64,000 nucleotides of DNA from Paraspadella gotoi (taxonomy: Eukaryota > Animalia > Chaetognatha), in NCBI GenBank assembly GCA_051294375.1, contig CM119266.1, positions 6,527,431 to 6,591,430 of the forward strand, written 5' to 3'. Shown piece by piece: positions 21,501 to 34,462 of this stretch (the stretch's first letter is position 1; each line of letters starts with the position of its first letter). The notes below the pieces were generated by a model, which was not told the DNA's origin, did not search any database, and worked only from the letters and a program-made list of their open reading frames with translations. A program made the translations under genes and the position numbers.

Positions 21501-23645
21501 CAAATCCGTAGCACGAAGAAGTACGTACTGATGAAAGCCTTTGCTAAAGTGAGTCAAGCTTTCAAACATGACCATCAATCCAGCGTGACGAGCGAGGCGG
21601 CGGCGGAGATGCCGGATCTCGATCCCAACCTGCGCAGCGCGGCGTCCATAGCTCGGCGTCTTCAAGACCCTCTTGCGGAGATTGTCAAGATCGGGCCGCG
21701 TCACATCGGCGTCGGGATGTATCAACATGACATCGACGAGAAAAAGCTCAAGGGTGAGTCAAAAGCTTGATTTTGATATCGAGAGATGGAGTCATCGTCA
21801 GCTTCGCTCTTCCTTTCTCTCCGTTCTCCTCAAGATGCCCTCGACAAAGTGGTCGAGGACTGCGTCTCCTTCGTCGGCGTCGACCTCAACTCGGCATCGG
21901 CGGCGCTGTTGACGCACGTGGCGGGGATGAACGCCGCCCGCGCCAAGAACGTCATCAAGTGGCGCGAGCGGAATGGATCCTTTGTCAGCCGCGAGCAACT
22001 ATTGCTGGTGACGGGATTCGGACCCAAGTCGTTCGAGCAGGTTTGGGAGCTTTGAGGGATGACTGAGGCCGTGAGGCGGTTTGTTTTGTGAATCCCGGGT
22101 TTTTCTGATTTTGTTTTCAGAGCGCGGGATTTTTACGCATCAATCCCAAAACGGCCAGATCAATCGTCCTCAACAACGACGAAGAACCGCCCGCGAAAAA
22201 AAGAAAAAAGTAACGTTTAATTAGCGGTAGCCGACCAAATTCAAATTTTAATGGGAACAGCATTAAACTAATCCATTATTGGTATTAATTATTGTATTAA
22301 AATATTTTTTTGCAAGAATGTTCCGAACCATGAGTAATTCGCTAATTAATATTATTATATTGCTATATAATGTCAAAAAATTTTTTGGGATATTTTAAGT
22401 TTTTTTAATTGATTCTGATAGAGCTTAAAAAGTTAAGCAAAAAATATAATTACAACTTTTTAAAATTTTGATGTTTTATTACTTAAAATTAGTAAAAACT
22501 GCTAAAATCATCGGATGATGATGATGATTTTTTAAGGTTTTTCCCAGTTTTGACCCACTTATCATCCAAATATTTAAAAAATAATTATACTTTGTGTAGA
22601 CAACTTTTTATAAGCTATCTGAATCTGCTTTTAAAAATATAAAATTTTTTAAAAAAATTTTGAACATTTTCTATCTATAAATAAATATTAAAAAATTAAT
22701 TACTAATGCTTCTAGCCATTTTAGAAAATTTTGGTCCATTGAAAGTTTTCTCAGAAATGTATGAAGTTTCATTTGGAAAGGTTCCCAAATCAAACTTCTG
22801 ACCCACCCCATTGACAAAGTTTGGCCCTAGTTTAATGCTGTAAATTTGCGAATTCCTGAGTCCTTATAATCTCTCGCCGATAGGGCGGAGCCTAAAGCCA
22901 AGCCTAACCCCTTGGACATGACCTGCATTCACCCTGAGTCCTATGACGTCGCCAAACGCCTCGTCGACTACTCTCGCTTGGGCTTTGACAAGTTCCTCAA
23001 AGAAGAGACGCGCCAAAAATTTCAGGAAAGCTTCAGGAAGTGGAGCATCTCCGTCGATCGAGAGAAGGTAGTAAAGAGTGGAGGTCCTTCATTGTAGCGT
23101 CGGCTTTGCATCCAATGCAGCGTTGTCAAAATTTCGATCCTCAATCCCAAGGTCTCCAAAGCGTTGGAGATCAGCCAGCCTACTCTTGACGTCCTCTTAC
23201 GGGGTATGACTCAACCCCTCGACTTTGATCTTCGAGTCGGTCAGTCGGAGCCGGTCTTCAGAACAAACGTTTTGTCAATGAAGGACGTTCGAGTCGGGAA
23301 TCAGGTAGAGGAATTCGGAAAAATAGAGGAAAGATACAATGTAGATGTAATGTTTATTGATCCAATACATCTAATTTAAAATAGTATTATTTATAAAATA
23401 AATTATATATATTATATATATTCCCTTTTTCTTAGTTGACGGGTCGGGTGAACAACGTGACGCCCTTCGGCGCCTTCGTCGACGTCGGACTCGAAAAAGC
23501 CGGCCTCATTCCCAAATCCAAGTGTCGACAGGTGGCTCTTGGCGACCGCGTCACCGTCACTGTCATCCAACTCGACATGGCGCGTGGACGGATCAGCCTC
23601 GATCTCGATGAGTCATTCAACGCTCAGAGGGTCAAACTCATGTGA
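18561..23645 (+). CDS. SRBD1: S1 RNA-binding domain-containing protein 1 (Tex/Spt6-like)
   Basis: About 15 exons, all GT-AG. Motifs: [14 protein letters not shown]; YqgF-like [38 protein letters not shown]; [23 protein letters not shown]; Hh[38 protein letters not shown]; [12 protein letters not shown]; S1 [17 protein letters not shown]. Confidence 0.93.
19452..19664. mobile_element. Foldback/MITE-like element in an SRBD1 intron
   Basis: Arms of about 73 bp. TTGCATACCAGATGGAAAATAATAAAACAATGTAGATTTAATAAT..CACTGTACTT is mirrored by AAGTACAGTG..ATTATTAAATCTACTTTGCTTTATTATTTTCCATCTGGTATGCAA with few mismatches. Spacer about 67 bp. Confidence 0.75.
21087..21285 (+). mobile_element. tRNA-derived SINE, copy 1 (fuller copy)
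   Basis: tRNA-like head GCGGCCA..TGGCCGC with an A-box-like TGGTGCAGGAGG, a CTCCCAA anticodon-loop-like segment and a B-box-like GGTTCTAGCCC, followed by a non-tRNA body. A second copy is at 53417. Confidence 0.7.
22330..22710. repeat. Degenerate AT-rich foldback in an SRBD1 intron
   Basis: GATTCTGATAGAGCTTAAAAAGTT (about 22412) is roughly mirrored by AACTTTTTATAAGCTATCTGAATC (about 22602). Outer flanks are only loosely complementary. Confidence 0.4.
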
Positions 23646-23777
23646 CCCAAACTGACCACCGATGAAGTTTTCCGTTTTTTGTTCCCTTTTCGGGTTTTGA
23701 CTATTTAATTATGTTTGTAAAGTGATCGAATCCTCCATGTTTTCTTAACGACTTATTCATAATTTTATTAATGTCTA

Positions 23778-24368
23778 CCCCGTGTCCGTTCGCGAGTGAC
23801 ACCAAAAAAATGCTAACCATTCCTCAATGAATCTCATTCTATGGTAAAGTACTGAAAGTTTATTATATTTTAATTTCATAAAATTAATTTTATATTTACT
23901 GAGATAAAATAACCTTTCTTTAATAGTCATACAATTTCAAACTGAATTTAAAAAAAAATAATAATTAAAAATTAATTACTTATTAATTATTTAAAATTAT
24001 TGAAATTCATTTAGACGAATTGAACAAAGAAAACTTAAGAATTGCATATAAAAAATGAATAAAAAATCATAACTCCAAAATTTCTAAACATTACTATAAT
24101 TTCGACACGCCATTCATTAGACCATTAATAAGGATTTCTTAGGATGTAAAATTTTTATTTAATGCAATCAAGAAAACTCCTAAAATGTTCTTTTTTCGCC
24201 AATTTACTGTGTTAGATAAAAAATTAAACATAATATAGTAAATAATTTAAACACGAAATGAAACTTATACATAAAAAACCTCGAAGTTCTCCAACTAATG
24301 ATATACTTATGAATTATATTTATTAAATATTTAAAGTATAGTGGTGTCACTCGCGAACGGACACGAGG
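23778..24368. mobile_element. MITE with 27-bp TIRs and TA target-site duplication (Tc1/mariner-type signature)
   Basis: TA|CCCCGTGTCCGTTCGCGAGTGACACCA at the left end and TGGTGTCACTCGCGAACGGACACGAGG|TA at the right end, one mismatch. AT-rich non-coding interior of about 540 bp. Confidence 0.85.
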
Positions 24369-24675
24369 TAGTTATGACCGCTCAGCGAGAGCTGCTTTTA
24401 GTTAACGCGTGAAGAGTCACGTTTGTGAGACTTGTTTAAAATATATTTTTGTTATTTCGAGTTTATTTGAGATTGCGTTTTTTTGAGAGTATAAAAAGAT
24501 GTAACGACTTCAAAATGGCTGTGGGCCCTTGGGGCGTGGCTTAATTCTCATTTTCCGTCTCATATTTAATATCGTCGTTAATGACTTGTCTATGTAACCC
24601 GCATTCCGCTCTGTAACTTTATTTTTACAGGCACAGTCTAAAGACAATTCCCGTTTGAAATAAAACCCAGCAGCA

Positions 24676-25715
24676 ATGCCTGTGTCGTCGACGCCCGAGT
24701 TGGAGAGTCTCCTCATGGACGCCGCTTTCTTCCTCGTGAAGGCTGAGTTGGAGGAGATCGTGAAGCTGGCGATGTCGACGAGCGTCTGGGAGACTTCGGT
24801 TGCATTCGAAGTCAGGATCGACGAGGCGTTCCGGGAGAAGACAAACGTCATGCTTTTGTTCGGAGTCGAGGGAAAGGATTATTTCATGGTGGGCACTGAA
24901 CGTTGAACGACTTTTGAATACGGACATTTGGACATTACTAGTGAATGGATATTGGACATTCGATGTTGGACAATTGACCATTGAACAAAAATTAATATAG
25001 AATTATTGATTTGACAATAGACGTCGAAGAGATTGAAATTAGGGTGAAGTGAGAGGAAAGGGTATGGGGCTTTGTGGATGGGGGTGTGAGAAAGTGTTGG
25101 GGACAGGTAATATTGGTAGCTTTGTTCTTTTTTTTGCTAATATTTTTTTCCTTAATCCTCCCTCGCCTGGCAGGGATTCGCCCGCGTGGCCTCCCCACCT
25201 GCCTTTGCCGTGGCCCGCCCGCCCTGGGTCACTCGCGATGTCCCTAAATCGGCGAGCCTTTGCGCCATCTTTAAAATCGACTGGATCTCTACGTCGCGGG
25301 TCGGCTTCTTCCGACTGCGCGACAACGGCGGCACGAACGAGACGCTCGAATCGTTCCCCCGACGGAACCGAACTCGAGCCTTTGGACGGGAAGAGGTTGT
25401 GCCTCATGTTCGATTCGCGATCGTCGAACTCGTTGAGGTGAGGAGCACTCTGTGATTCAGACTTTTGAAATTGTAATTATTTATTAAATTTTATTTTATT
25501 TTACTCCATCGGGAATTAGAAAAATAATCAATTCAATTCTTTTCGCTCTCTCTCTCTCTCTCCCCCCCCCTTTTGTTTTCAGAAAAATCTGCCGCAAGAT
25601 GCGAACCTTCGAAGGCGAAGACGGCGTCAACGAATCGGATCAAATAGCGGCGCAGCCAGCGTCGAAAGAGGAGTACGAAAGGATTTACTTGCGAAAAGAT
25701 CATCGACGGGAATAA
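24676..25715 (+). CDS. Probable 4-exon uncharacterised gene (about 210 aa)
   Basis: Exons 24676-24888, 25021-25043, 25174-25437 and 25583-25715 join in frame through canonical GT-AG sites (phases 0, 2, 2). Exon 3 is also open in a second frame, so the product is uncertain. No family recognised. Confidence 0.45.
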
Positions 25716-26531
25716 CTTTGTTTAAACTTTCACGAATCCCCAACTCAACTTTAATCCCCTCCTCTTTCCCCCTTTATTCTTATTTCCCTTTTTGTTCTAC
25801 CTATAATTTTTATGAGCGAGCGTGATCGATTCTTTTTTCCCCGTTGGCCTCGTTAAACTCATGAGAAAATATCGTCCATGATGCTGCCCGACAGGTCGAG
25901 CTGACATTTACAATAAAAATGAGCTTTATTTTCGTGATTTTCTTATTCGGTAATGAATAGGCGGGGTGAACTTATGCAATGCCCGACTACATGAATGACA
26001 ATGATAATACCATAATGATGGCGTAAATCTACAAATCGGCTCGTCCCAAGATAGGCTGACCAGTTGAGCTTTTTCTCAACGATTCGAGAATGTGAAAGTT
26101 AGCCAGCCAGTGATCGAAAGTAAAGCTCAAGCTCAAAGGTTTGAACGGAGAGAAAGATAGAGAGCGAGCGATGTCGATGTCGTCCGTGTTACTTTGACCC
26201 CGGAGATCCAAGACTGATTTTTACCTTAATGATTACGTTTAACATTTTTCTCTTTTTCCTCTTTCTTTCCGATGAACTTTGATACTCTCCCTATCTGCTC
26301 CGTGATCACTCACGGAACTCTGTAAACACTTCAAAAGAAGGTTTTCTACGAGTTTGGCCGTCTGAGTCTTTCTATCTCTCTATCTCTCTCGCTCTCTCGC
26401 TCTCTTTCGTTTTCTCTTCCTCGCTCCCTTTGCTCGCTCTCAATCAACTCTCTCATTTCGTTTTCATTCCCGTTTTGTTCGCGATCGTCTTCGTCGGAAA
26501 AAATACATTTTAGGCTGCAAAGAAAAGCAAG

Positions 26532-27125
26532 ATGACGGCGACGCCGCAAAGGGTTTTCAAGTTGGCCGCCGTAAGTCGATTTACATACGTTAAAATTTAA
26601 CAATTGTACTTAATAACGCCAGTCATGAATGTACATTGTACAATTATACATTGTTGTGGTCGTTTTGTTTTTGAAAGATAATGACGTTGATTAAATTATT
26701 TAAATTTAACGAATTTAACTTATGTGAAGAAACATTTGTATCCAGTCTTCTAAACTCTTAATCCGAATTCCATCTTTGTCGCCTTATCGACTCCCGTTCG
26801 CCTTTTGTTTCAGACCGCGCGGAGCCTCGCCTCGTTGGCGCCGTTCTCCGCGGCGCCACCCTTGCTCAGCGCTCGTCTCCTGGCGCCGCCCGCCCGGAAT
26901 GGCCGCACCTTCGCCTCCTCCGCCGACTCCGTCCCGGACCCGGAACACTGGGTCAGCAACAACGCGGAATCGTGGACGGGAATGGAGGATTTGAAGGACG
27001 ATGACCCGGAGATGTGGGCCATCATTCAGAGGGTGAGGGATGAGGGAAAGATTCATCCCGTCATTGTAACATTGTAACGAGATTCAAAAATTGACCCTGT
27101 TTGGTAGCGTGATCCCGTCTCTCTT

Positions 27126-27157
<32 letters not shown>

Positions 27158-29613
27158 TCTCAATAATCAATATTCATATCAACCTCTCCTTTTTCTTCTT
27201 CCCGACCTTGAAGGAAAAGGATCGCCAAATCCGCGGATTAGAACTCATCGCCTCTGAAAACTTTTGCTCCCGCGCCGGCCTCACCGCTCTCGGCTCTTGC
27301 CTCAACAACAAATACGCCGAGGGCTATCCGGGTGCGCGCTACTACGGCGGCACCGTCCACGTCGACGAGGTGGAGGAGTTGTGCCGTAAACGCGCCCTCG
27401 AGGCTTTCAGGCTCGACCCTAGTCTTTGGGGCGTCAACGTCCAGCCTTATTCCGGCAGCCCTGCCAACTTCGCCGTCTACACGGGTAAGCGGAGGTGGTC
27501 AGTGGCGACGATTCATGAGAATACAACCATCCTGGCGTTAGGTGACCACCCTAACCAGTGACATTTAAAATTAGTCTGGGTTTTCTCTTCCTCCAATTAC
27601 GGGTCTCCTTATCTGGTTTCCTTTCCTTTAATTCCAGGTCTTCTCAATCCCCACGACCGCGTGATGGGATTGGACCTTCCCCACGGAGGGCACTTGACCC
27701 ATGGATTCATGACGGACACGAAGAGGATCTCCGCCACCTCCATCTTCTTCGAGTCGATGCCCTACAGGTTTGAGAGACATGCAGTCAGAGCTGTGATTCA
27801 GTCAGAGAGAGGATAGAATCGGGGCCAAATCGAATTTGAAATTCATCGTAAACTCTTCACGATCCCCCGGCTTCAGACTCAACGAAGAGACGGGCTTGAT
27901 CGACTACGACAAATTGGAGGAGACGGCGCGGTTGTTTCGACCCAAGATGATCATCGCGGGTGAGTTCTTTCGTTATTTCCCTTATCCTCTCTTCCTCGCC
28001 ATGCAAACGCCCTCCCCACCTTCCCAGGATTCTCCGCCTATCCGCGCGTCCTCGACTTCAAACGGTTTCGCGAGATTTGCGACGCGACCAACTCGATCCT
28101 TTTGTCGGACATGGCGCACGTGACGGGCCTCGTCGCCGCCGAGCTGTACGCCAGCCCCTTCGACCATTCCGACGTCGTTACCTGCACGACGCACAAGACG
28201 CTCAGGGGCCCGAGGTTAGTCGGATTGGGGGGGATGATTTGGAATGGAAGAGTGGAATGTTCGATCTTGATAACGCATATCTTTTTACTTTCATTAAAGA
28301 TTTCATTGTTTCGTTATTTTTGTGTTCCTCAGGTCGGGTCTCATATTCTACCGCAAAGGAATCAGGAAAACTGACAAGAAAACTGGTCAGCCAATCAAGT
28401 ACGACTTTGCGCAGAGGATCGACCAGGCTCTTTTCCCCGGCCTTCAAGGTGATAACTGAGTCAGAGACGCAGTGTATTTCATTGTATTTTGATTGTATTT
28501 TTAATTTTTAACCCTCTACATGGCTTGTGCATCACAGGTCTTATACGACCGCAATCTTTTAAACGACGTCGGTTTACAATTTTACTGTCTCACTCTTTTC
28601 ATAGAGCATTTGCCAAGTTGGCTAAACGCATGTTTCCAAACGTTTTAACAATGGTGATATTAGAGAATAATTATTTTGTCAAAAATTAATGTTACTGCAT
28701 CATGCAAATGAGAATAAAAATACTATATTTAATAAATATCTTTATTCTTCGCACTTCCCACGTCGTAGGAGGCCCCCACATGCACGCTGTCGGCGGGGTG
28801 GCTGTCGCCCTTCGCCAAGCCAACACCGCCGCTTTTAGGGAATACCAGGGTCAAGTGTTGCGAAACGCCAAAGCCTTCGCGCGGCGCCTCAAGGAGATGA
28901 AATACGATTTGGTTTCAGGTTATATTATCAGATTTTTATTTGTTTTATTGCTATATATGATTATATTAGTGTTATGAAAATATGACTAATTATCACTTGG
29001 AAGGTGGAACGGACAACCATCTTCTGTTGGTGGACCTGAAGAACAAAGGGCTCGACGGAGCGCGACTGGAGCGCGTCTGCGAACTCTGCTCAATCACGCT
29101 GAACAAGAACACCACGCCCAAAGACAAGAGCGCCCTCAACCCCAGCGGCGTCAGATTAGGTGGGTAACGAGAGCATTGGTTTATTTTGACATCCTTACCA
29201 GAAACTTGTGTCGAGCTTACGAGAGCGAGTATCGGATTACTCTAGCGACTAAACATCTACGTCCAAAGCTTAATGTTTCCTCAAATCGTCCGATCGCGGA
29301 TTTTCAGGAACTCCGGCGTTGACGTCGCGAGGATTCAAGGAAGATGACTTCGTGAAGGTGGCCGAGTTTATCGACGAAGCCGCCGACATCGCCATCGACG
29401 CCAAAGCTCAAACGAGTGAGACGATCCGTCCTTCTAGTTTTAAATAATAATTATAATAATTTATAAATCTTAAACCCATCTTCAGAAAAACTGGCCGAGT
29501 TTCGTTCTTTGCTCGAAGAAGACCCCAAGATTTCCGCGCGGATCGATAAACTTCGCAAAGACGTGGAGGCGTTCGCGAGACTCTTCCCGATGCCGGGATT
29601 CGACGATCATTGA
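26532..29613 (+). CDS. SHMT2: Serine hydroxymethyltransferase, mitochondrial type
   Basis: 11 exons. R/S/A-rich presequence. Motifs [69 protein letters not shown]-Lys motif [30 protein letters not shown]-terminal FPMPGFDDH. Confidence 0.96.
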
Positions 29614-30111
29614 ATCCACGAGGGATTCCAATGATTAGACGGGAGACGAATCCTTCCTTGGATTCTCTCTCTCATTTCATCTTTTTGACGTTGATTTTTT
29701 GCTCTTTTGTTTTTGCAACTAACTCGACGGTCATTGATTGATCGCTGGCGGCCGAAAAGGGAGGGGGGCGCGAGGCCCGTCTCGCTCCGATTCCAAAAAA
29801 GCTTTTCTTTTGGGACTTTTAGTGTAGTACAAGTATTGCTTAACTTATGTTCAGTTTCCTTGAAAAAATTATTGATTAGTGCTGTGGTTTTTGTAATTGT
29901 ACTTAATTTTTAGTAAAAAAAACACTGAAATGAACACGTAAATTTATACCAACGGTTTTTTTTAATGTATTTTTTAAAAATTTCTTAAACGTAAATTAAA
30001 AAAATTTGAAAATTTTTTCAGTAGCCCCTTTAATCCCTTTCTTTCCCCAATTTATTTTTTCTGTAACGTTTAACATTATTAACCCAATTGCGATCGATTG
30101 TTTGCGTAACA

Positions 30112-30830
30112 ATGTCGAGTCTGCTAAAGGCGGCCAAAGCGGCCAAAGCGCTCGTTATCCCGAAAGTTCAGCGACGCTGTTTCGGCCTCAGCGTCCCCGC
30201 CTCTCGTAAAGAAACGAAAAATATCGCGAAAATACAGGCACGCCCCCACCCATTCATTTTTTTTTTTTTGATTCCTAACTAGTTAATGTCGTCAACAATA
30301 ACGAAAGTCGAAACAAAGACGCCGAGCTAGAAGCTAATTCGAATATCTATCCTCTCTCGTTCCTTTTTTCTCCTTTCTCTCCCTGTTTCTCTTTGTCCTT
30401 CAATCCCTCTTCCCCCCCCTTCCTTCCCCCAACCCCCGCGTAGGAGAACCGAGTATCGCTGATCGGCGCCGTTCAGGAGGACGTCTCCATTCTCACCTAC
30501 GTGCCAGAACTGCATTTGCAGCACCGCCGGGTCCGTATCTTTCAGCCGGCAAAGAACGCCATGCAGAGCGGCACCGCCAACATAAACCTCTGGCTGATCG
30601 AGTGGGACGCTTGGGAGCGATGGGAGAATCCACTGATGGGCTGGACATCGTCGGGCGACCCGCTCTCCAACACCCAGGTCGAGTTCCACTCTCTCGAGGA
30701 CGCCATCGCCTTTTGCGAGCGGAACAAGTGGACCTACGACGTGGACACTCCGCAGAGGATGAGGAAATTTGTCAAAAATTACGGGGACAACTTCTCTTGG
30801 GACAGAAGGACGCGGTCCTCGTGCAAGTGA
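30112..30830 (+). CDS. NDUFS4: NADH:ubiquinone oxidoreductase subunit S4
   Basis: Exons 30112-30237 and 30444-30830. RRVRIFQPAKNAMQSG..WERWENPLMGWTSSGDPLSN..KNYGDNFSWDRRTR is the NDUFS4 signature. An in-frame join needs a GC donor. Confidence 0.95.
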
Positions 30831-31892
30831 AGGGACTTGGCGAGGGAGGAGGGCCGAAGGGAGGATAGACTCGCGTTCGCTCGCGAATGAAAAGTGAGGA
30901 CATTAGCTTGATCATATCAGTTGTCGAGGGTCTGGGATATTTATCTTAGGTAAAAAAAGGTAACGCAATATTATTTTTAGTCTTCCACTGTCTATTTATC
31001 AAGTTTTGATTTTTAAGACTAACCACTGATGCTCTTTTTGTTCCTTTCCAGTTAATAAAAAAAATACCTAAAGAAACTCAAACATCTTGCTCGAAAAGTT
31101 AGTCAGTTTTTGAGATATGTAACTGTTTCAAGTTGAACGTGAAAAAAGAAAACAAAATTCAGACGAAAGATGTTTTCACAAATACAGCAACAAATATGGA
31201 ATCGTCTTTTGACATGTAATAATATAAGAATCTATAAGTAAAAGAAGCATATAGTTTAAAATAAAATCACCGTTCCAAATTCCACCATGGGCCTTGCTTA
31301 TAAAGACGGAAATATAACTTTTCGGAATTAAGCGCCTGATAAAGGACCTGCTCTGTGGTATTTAGGGCTTTAATATAACAAACAACCTCACTAAAATTCT
31401 TTTAACTTCAAAGTAAAATTGTCATTCTTTTCATAAATTGGTACCAAAAAGGTAACGAAGAAAAATCTGACCCAAAGCAAAGAGAAAAAGTTCGTTGCTT
31501 CCACGGTTTTTGACAGAACCACAGTTGAAAAAAGGGGATGTGGCTGAGAAATCTGCTCAAAAGTCGCCATGTTACAAATGTTACATCCACTGTGCCGGCG
31601 CGTGCAAATGATTACTACCGCTACTCTAACCACCAGCACTTTTGGTCGAGACTCGCGAGAGCGTATAAAAAAGAAGCTTCATTATGTACAAATCGGGATT
31701 AATAAAGGACTAGGCGTTTTTGCAAAGGGGAGGGAAAAAGGATTCCTGAAACCGATTCTTTTTTTTTGGCGGGAGAAAAACTGCGTTCAGCCATCCCAAG
31801 TTTTTTCTCTCAATTCATTTTTGCTCCAAGTTGAACGGAGGTTATTTTCGTTAGCGCAGGGCGTGTGGGAGGGACGAAACCGGAAACGATTC

Positions 31893-33441
31893 TCACGACG
31901 CCCACTGCGCCAAATCCGCCAGGTCCGCGTCGTCTTCTTCCACCGCCACCGCTGTTAAACGGGATTCAGGGGGAGACATCATTCTCGTCACTAGCATTAT
32001 TATCAGCATAGCATTATGCTATTTATTATGTTGACGTAGTGTTATAGTAACACTCACGTTTGGCCTTTGTGGGTGTCGGCTTCGGAAGGGCGTCCGCGGG
32101 CACCGAAGGGAGGCCTACGTCGTCCGTCACGCCAGACGGAATGCTTATCAAGTTGAGGTCCAATTCCTCCTGTTTTTCGACAAAAAACAACTTTTAATTA
32201 AGCGCGTAATTGTTGCAGGAGGAATTTTTTCAAAAAAATTACTTTTCCCTAACACATGCAAGATCTCATTTCGATAACACTGGGAGTAATTTATAAATTT
32301 AATCATCAATGATACGGAGGCAGCTTTAAGTCTTGCATAAAGTCGCTATCTTATCCGATATCCAGCATCCATACCGATAGTTACCGATACTCAAAATATT
32401 TCCAGACAGGTTTATCGCCGACTCGCTGACTTGCCTGAAGTTGTCTTGCATCAGCCGACTTACAAGTTCAAGCCAAACGCTTAGCGGTTTCAACTCGTAT
32501 ATTTTCATATATCGATCTAGCGCCCAACCCAAACTCCATTGAACCAAGCTTTCCAAACCCACCTGCTCCAGCTCGTCGAGCTCCGCGAGAAGTTCGTCTT
32601 CGTCGACGTCCGCGCCGAAACTGACGGGATTCGAGATAGCTTCCGAGATTTCGTTGGCGACGTCCTGTTGTTCCTGAATGTCGTCCATCAAGTCCGAAAT
32701 CTTGTCCACGTCCCTGGAGAGGGAGAGAGTCGGCGTTGGCGGTGGGGAGGAGGAAGTAAAGAAATGATCCTTTTTAGTCTTTCAAAGAATGTTGAGAAAT
32801 CCCTCACGGATCTCAAAATACTCACAGGTCGTTGTGCGCATTTTTAAGCGCTTGCGACGCGCTGTGCATAGCTTTGAGGACTTCGGTGTTCGTGGAGGCG
32901 TTCTCCAGCGCCTCTCGTTGAAGCTCGATGGTGGAGAGAGTCCCGTCGATTTGGGCCAAATTCTTCTCGTAGCGTTTTTTTCGTTTCAACGCTTGGAGGG
33001 CGGCTGGAGAGCGGGAAAGAAAGAGTGGGGGAGCATTTCGTTGAAGCAGTCCAGCCTCTACCACTTCGAGTCTTATTTGGTTAAAATAAAAGCTTCCTTC
33101 CTTTTTGAATTCTAGGAAATTCGGTTCACAACAACTATTCACTCGGATATCGAGGGTAGAAATGGCCGTAACAAATATTGACCAATATATATATAATTAT
33201 ATATATAATAGGGAAAGCGCGACATGAGGCAAAATATCTTTCACACTTGGCGAGATTCACCTCTCTTATTCTTGGTTCCGTGCTTTTTGGCGTTCTGCAA
33301 TTCCTCGCCGATTTTCTTCTCCAGATGCTCCGACTTCTTGTTGAGCATCTCCTCTGTCTCCCGCAGCCGCTGGATCGCCGTTTGCGGGTCCTCACCTCCG
33401 TTCTTTTTCTTCCCGCCCATAATTTTGCCGAAGAAACTCAT
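31893..33441 (-). CDS. CHMP4: ESCRT-III subunit CHMP4/Snf7/shrub
   Basis: 5 exons: MSFFGKIMGGKKK..PQTAIQRLRETEEMLNKKSEHLEKKI..KNKR|AALQALKRKKRYEKNLAQIDGTLSTIELQREALENASTNTEVL..|DVDKISDLMDDIQEQQDVANEISEAISNP..DEDELLAELDELEQ|..|EEDDADLADLAQWAS-stop. Confidence 0.96.
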
Positions 33442-34462
33442 TCTGATTTTGTGTGTCTGTCTGTCTGTGTGAGGGTCGGGGGCGTCGCTGGAGAAAACCA
33501 AAATTCAAAAAAGAATGTTGAATACCGTTTTTGTCTCTTGCTCTATTTTTAAGAATTGACTGATGGTTTTCTTTTCCATTAGTATTACACGACAAAACTG
33601 GGTCTTTTTTGAATCAACGCGACATTTGAGAGACGATGACTCAGAGCGAGGTCGTTGATCGATCACTTTCGATCCCAGGCGACATTATCTAGAATGTCTT
33701 CTGATTCTTATTCAATTAAAACTTTATTGCGCAGAGATAATAAATGTTTACAAATTTAAAATTAGACTTCATTTATTGGAAGTAATTTTAGTGTAATGCG
33801 AATTAACTCTTAAATAAAATGTAAATTTTTCTCCGTTTTTGTTTTAATATAACAAGGCGCATTATGTCTGACATGTTTTGGAAACCCTCGTCACAAAGAC
33901 TTTTATTTAAAAAAAAAATCTAAAACTGACATTTTAAGTTTCCATAAATAAATGAAAATTTCAGTTTTGCTTTAATACAAGTGCCATTTTACTGCGTTTT
34001 GTTCCAATCGTGGTGCTGTAACCAACGGTTGGTTTTAATAATTATATGCTTTTTTTAAAATTATTGCTTGAAATATGAGTATTTCATTTTCTTCAATAAT
34101 CATGTGTGCTGTAGCATGTACTCACTTTTTTTGTTTTTTTTTTTAAATCCAATGCTAATTTATTACGATGTTAAAGCAGCTTCGAAGAGAGAGTTCGAAA
34201 CGTTCAGTTTCGTGGGCACCAAATATCTTCACGGGTTAATTTTACTTTCGTCTACCTTGAAGACAATTTTTCTTTCTGCAGACAGGGAATTATTTCTGGA
34301 TGTTGGTTCCTAGGTGTGTTTAACGATGACAAACACCAAGTTGGTGCTGACAGACGACGTCTCTTCATTGGTGGAAATATTCATGACGAGCGACCAATGA
34401 GAAGGCCCGCTGCTCTTTGTGTTCCGAATCGACGTCATCTGATCATCTGAAGCAATTCAAAG
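33442..34462. promoter_or_regulatory. Putative divergent promoter region between CHMP4 (-) and RANBP9/10 (+)
   Basis: Head-to-head start codons about 1 kb apart. GACCAATGAG CCAAT box near 34394 and TGACGTCA-like TCGACGTCAT near 34430. Inferred from position. Confidence 0.35.

Noticed and set aside
18561-23645. Horizontal transfer of bacterial Tex
   Set aside because: SRBD1 is a known eukaryotic Tex homologue, and this copy has about 14 spliceosomal introns and host-like composition.
28177-28215. SHMT PLP motif variant VVTCTTHKT
   Set aside because: The catalytic Lys and TTHKT core are intact. A single Thr-to-Cys change is not evidence of new function.
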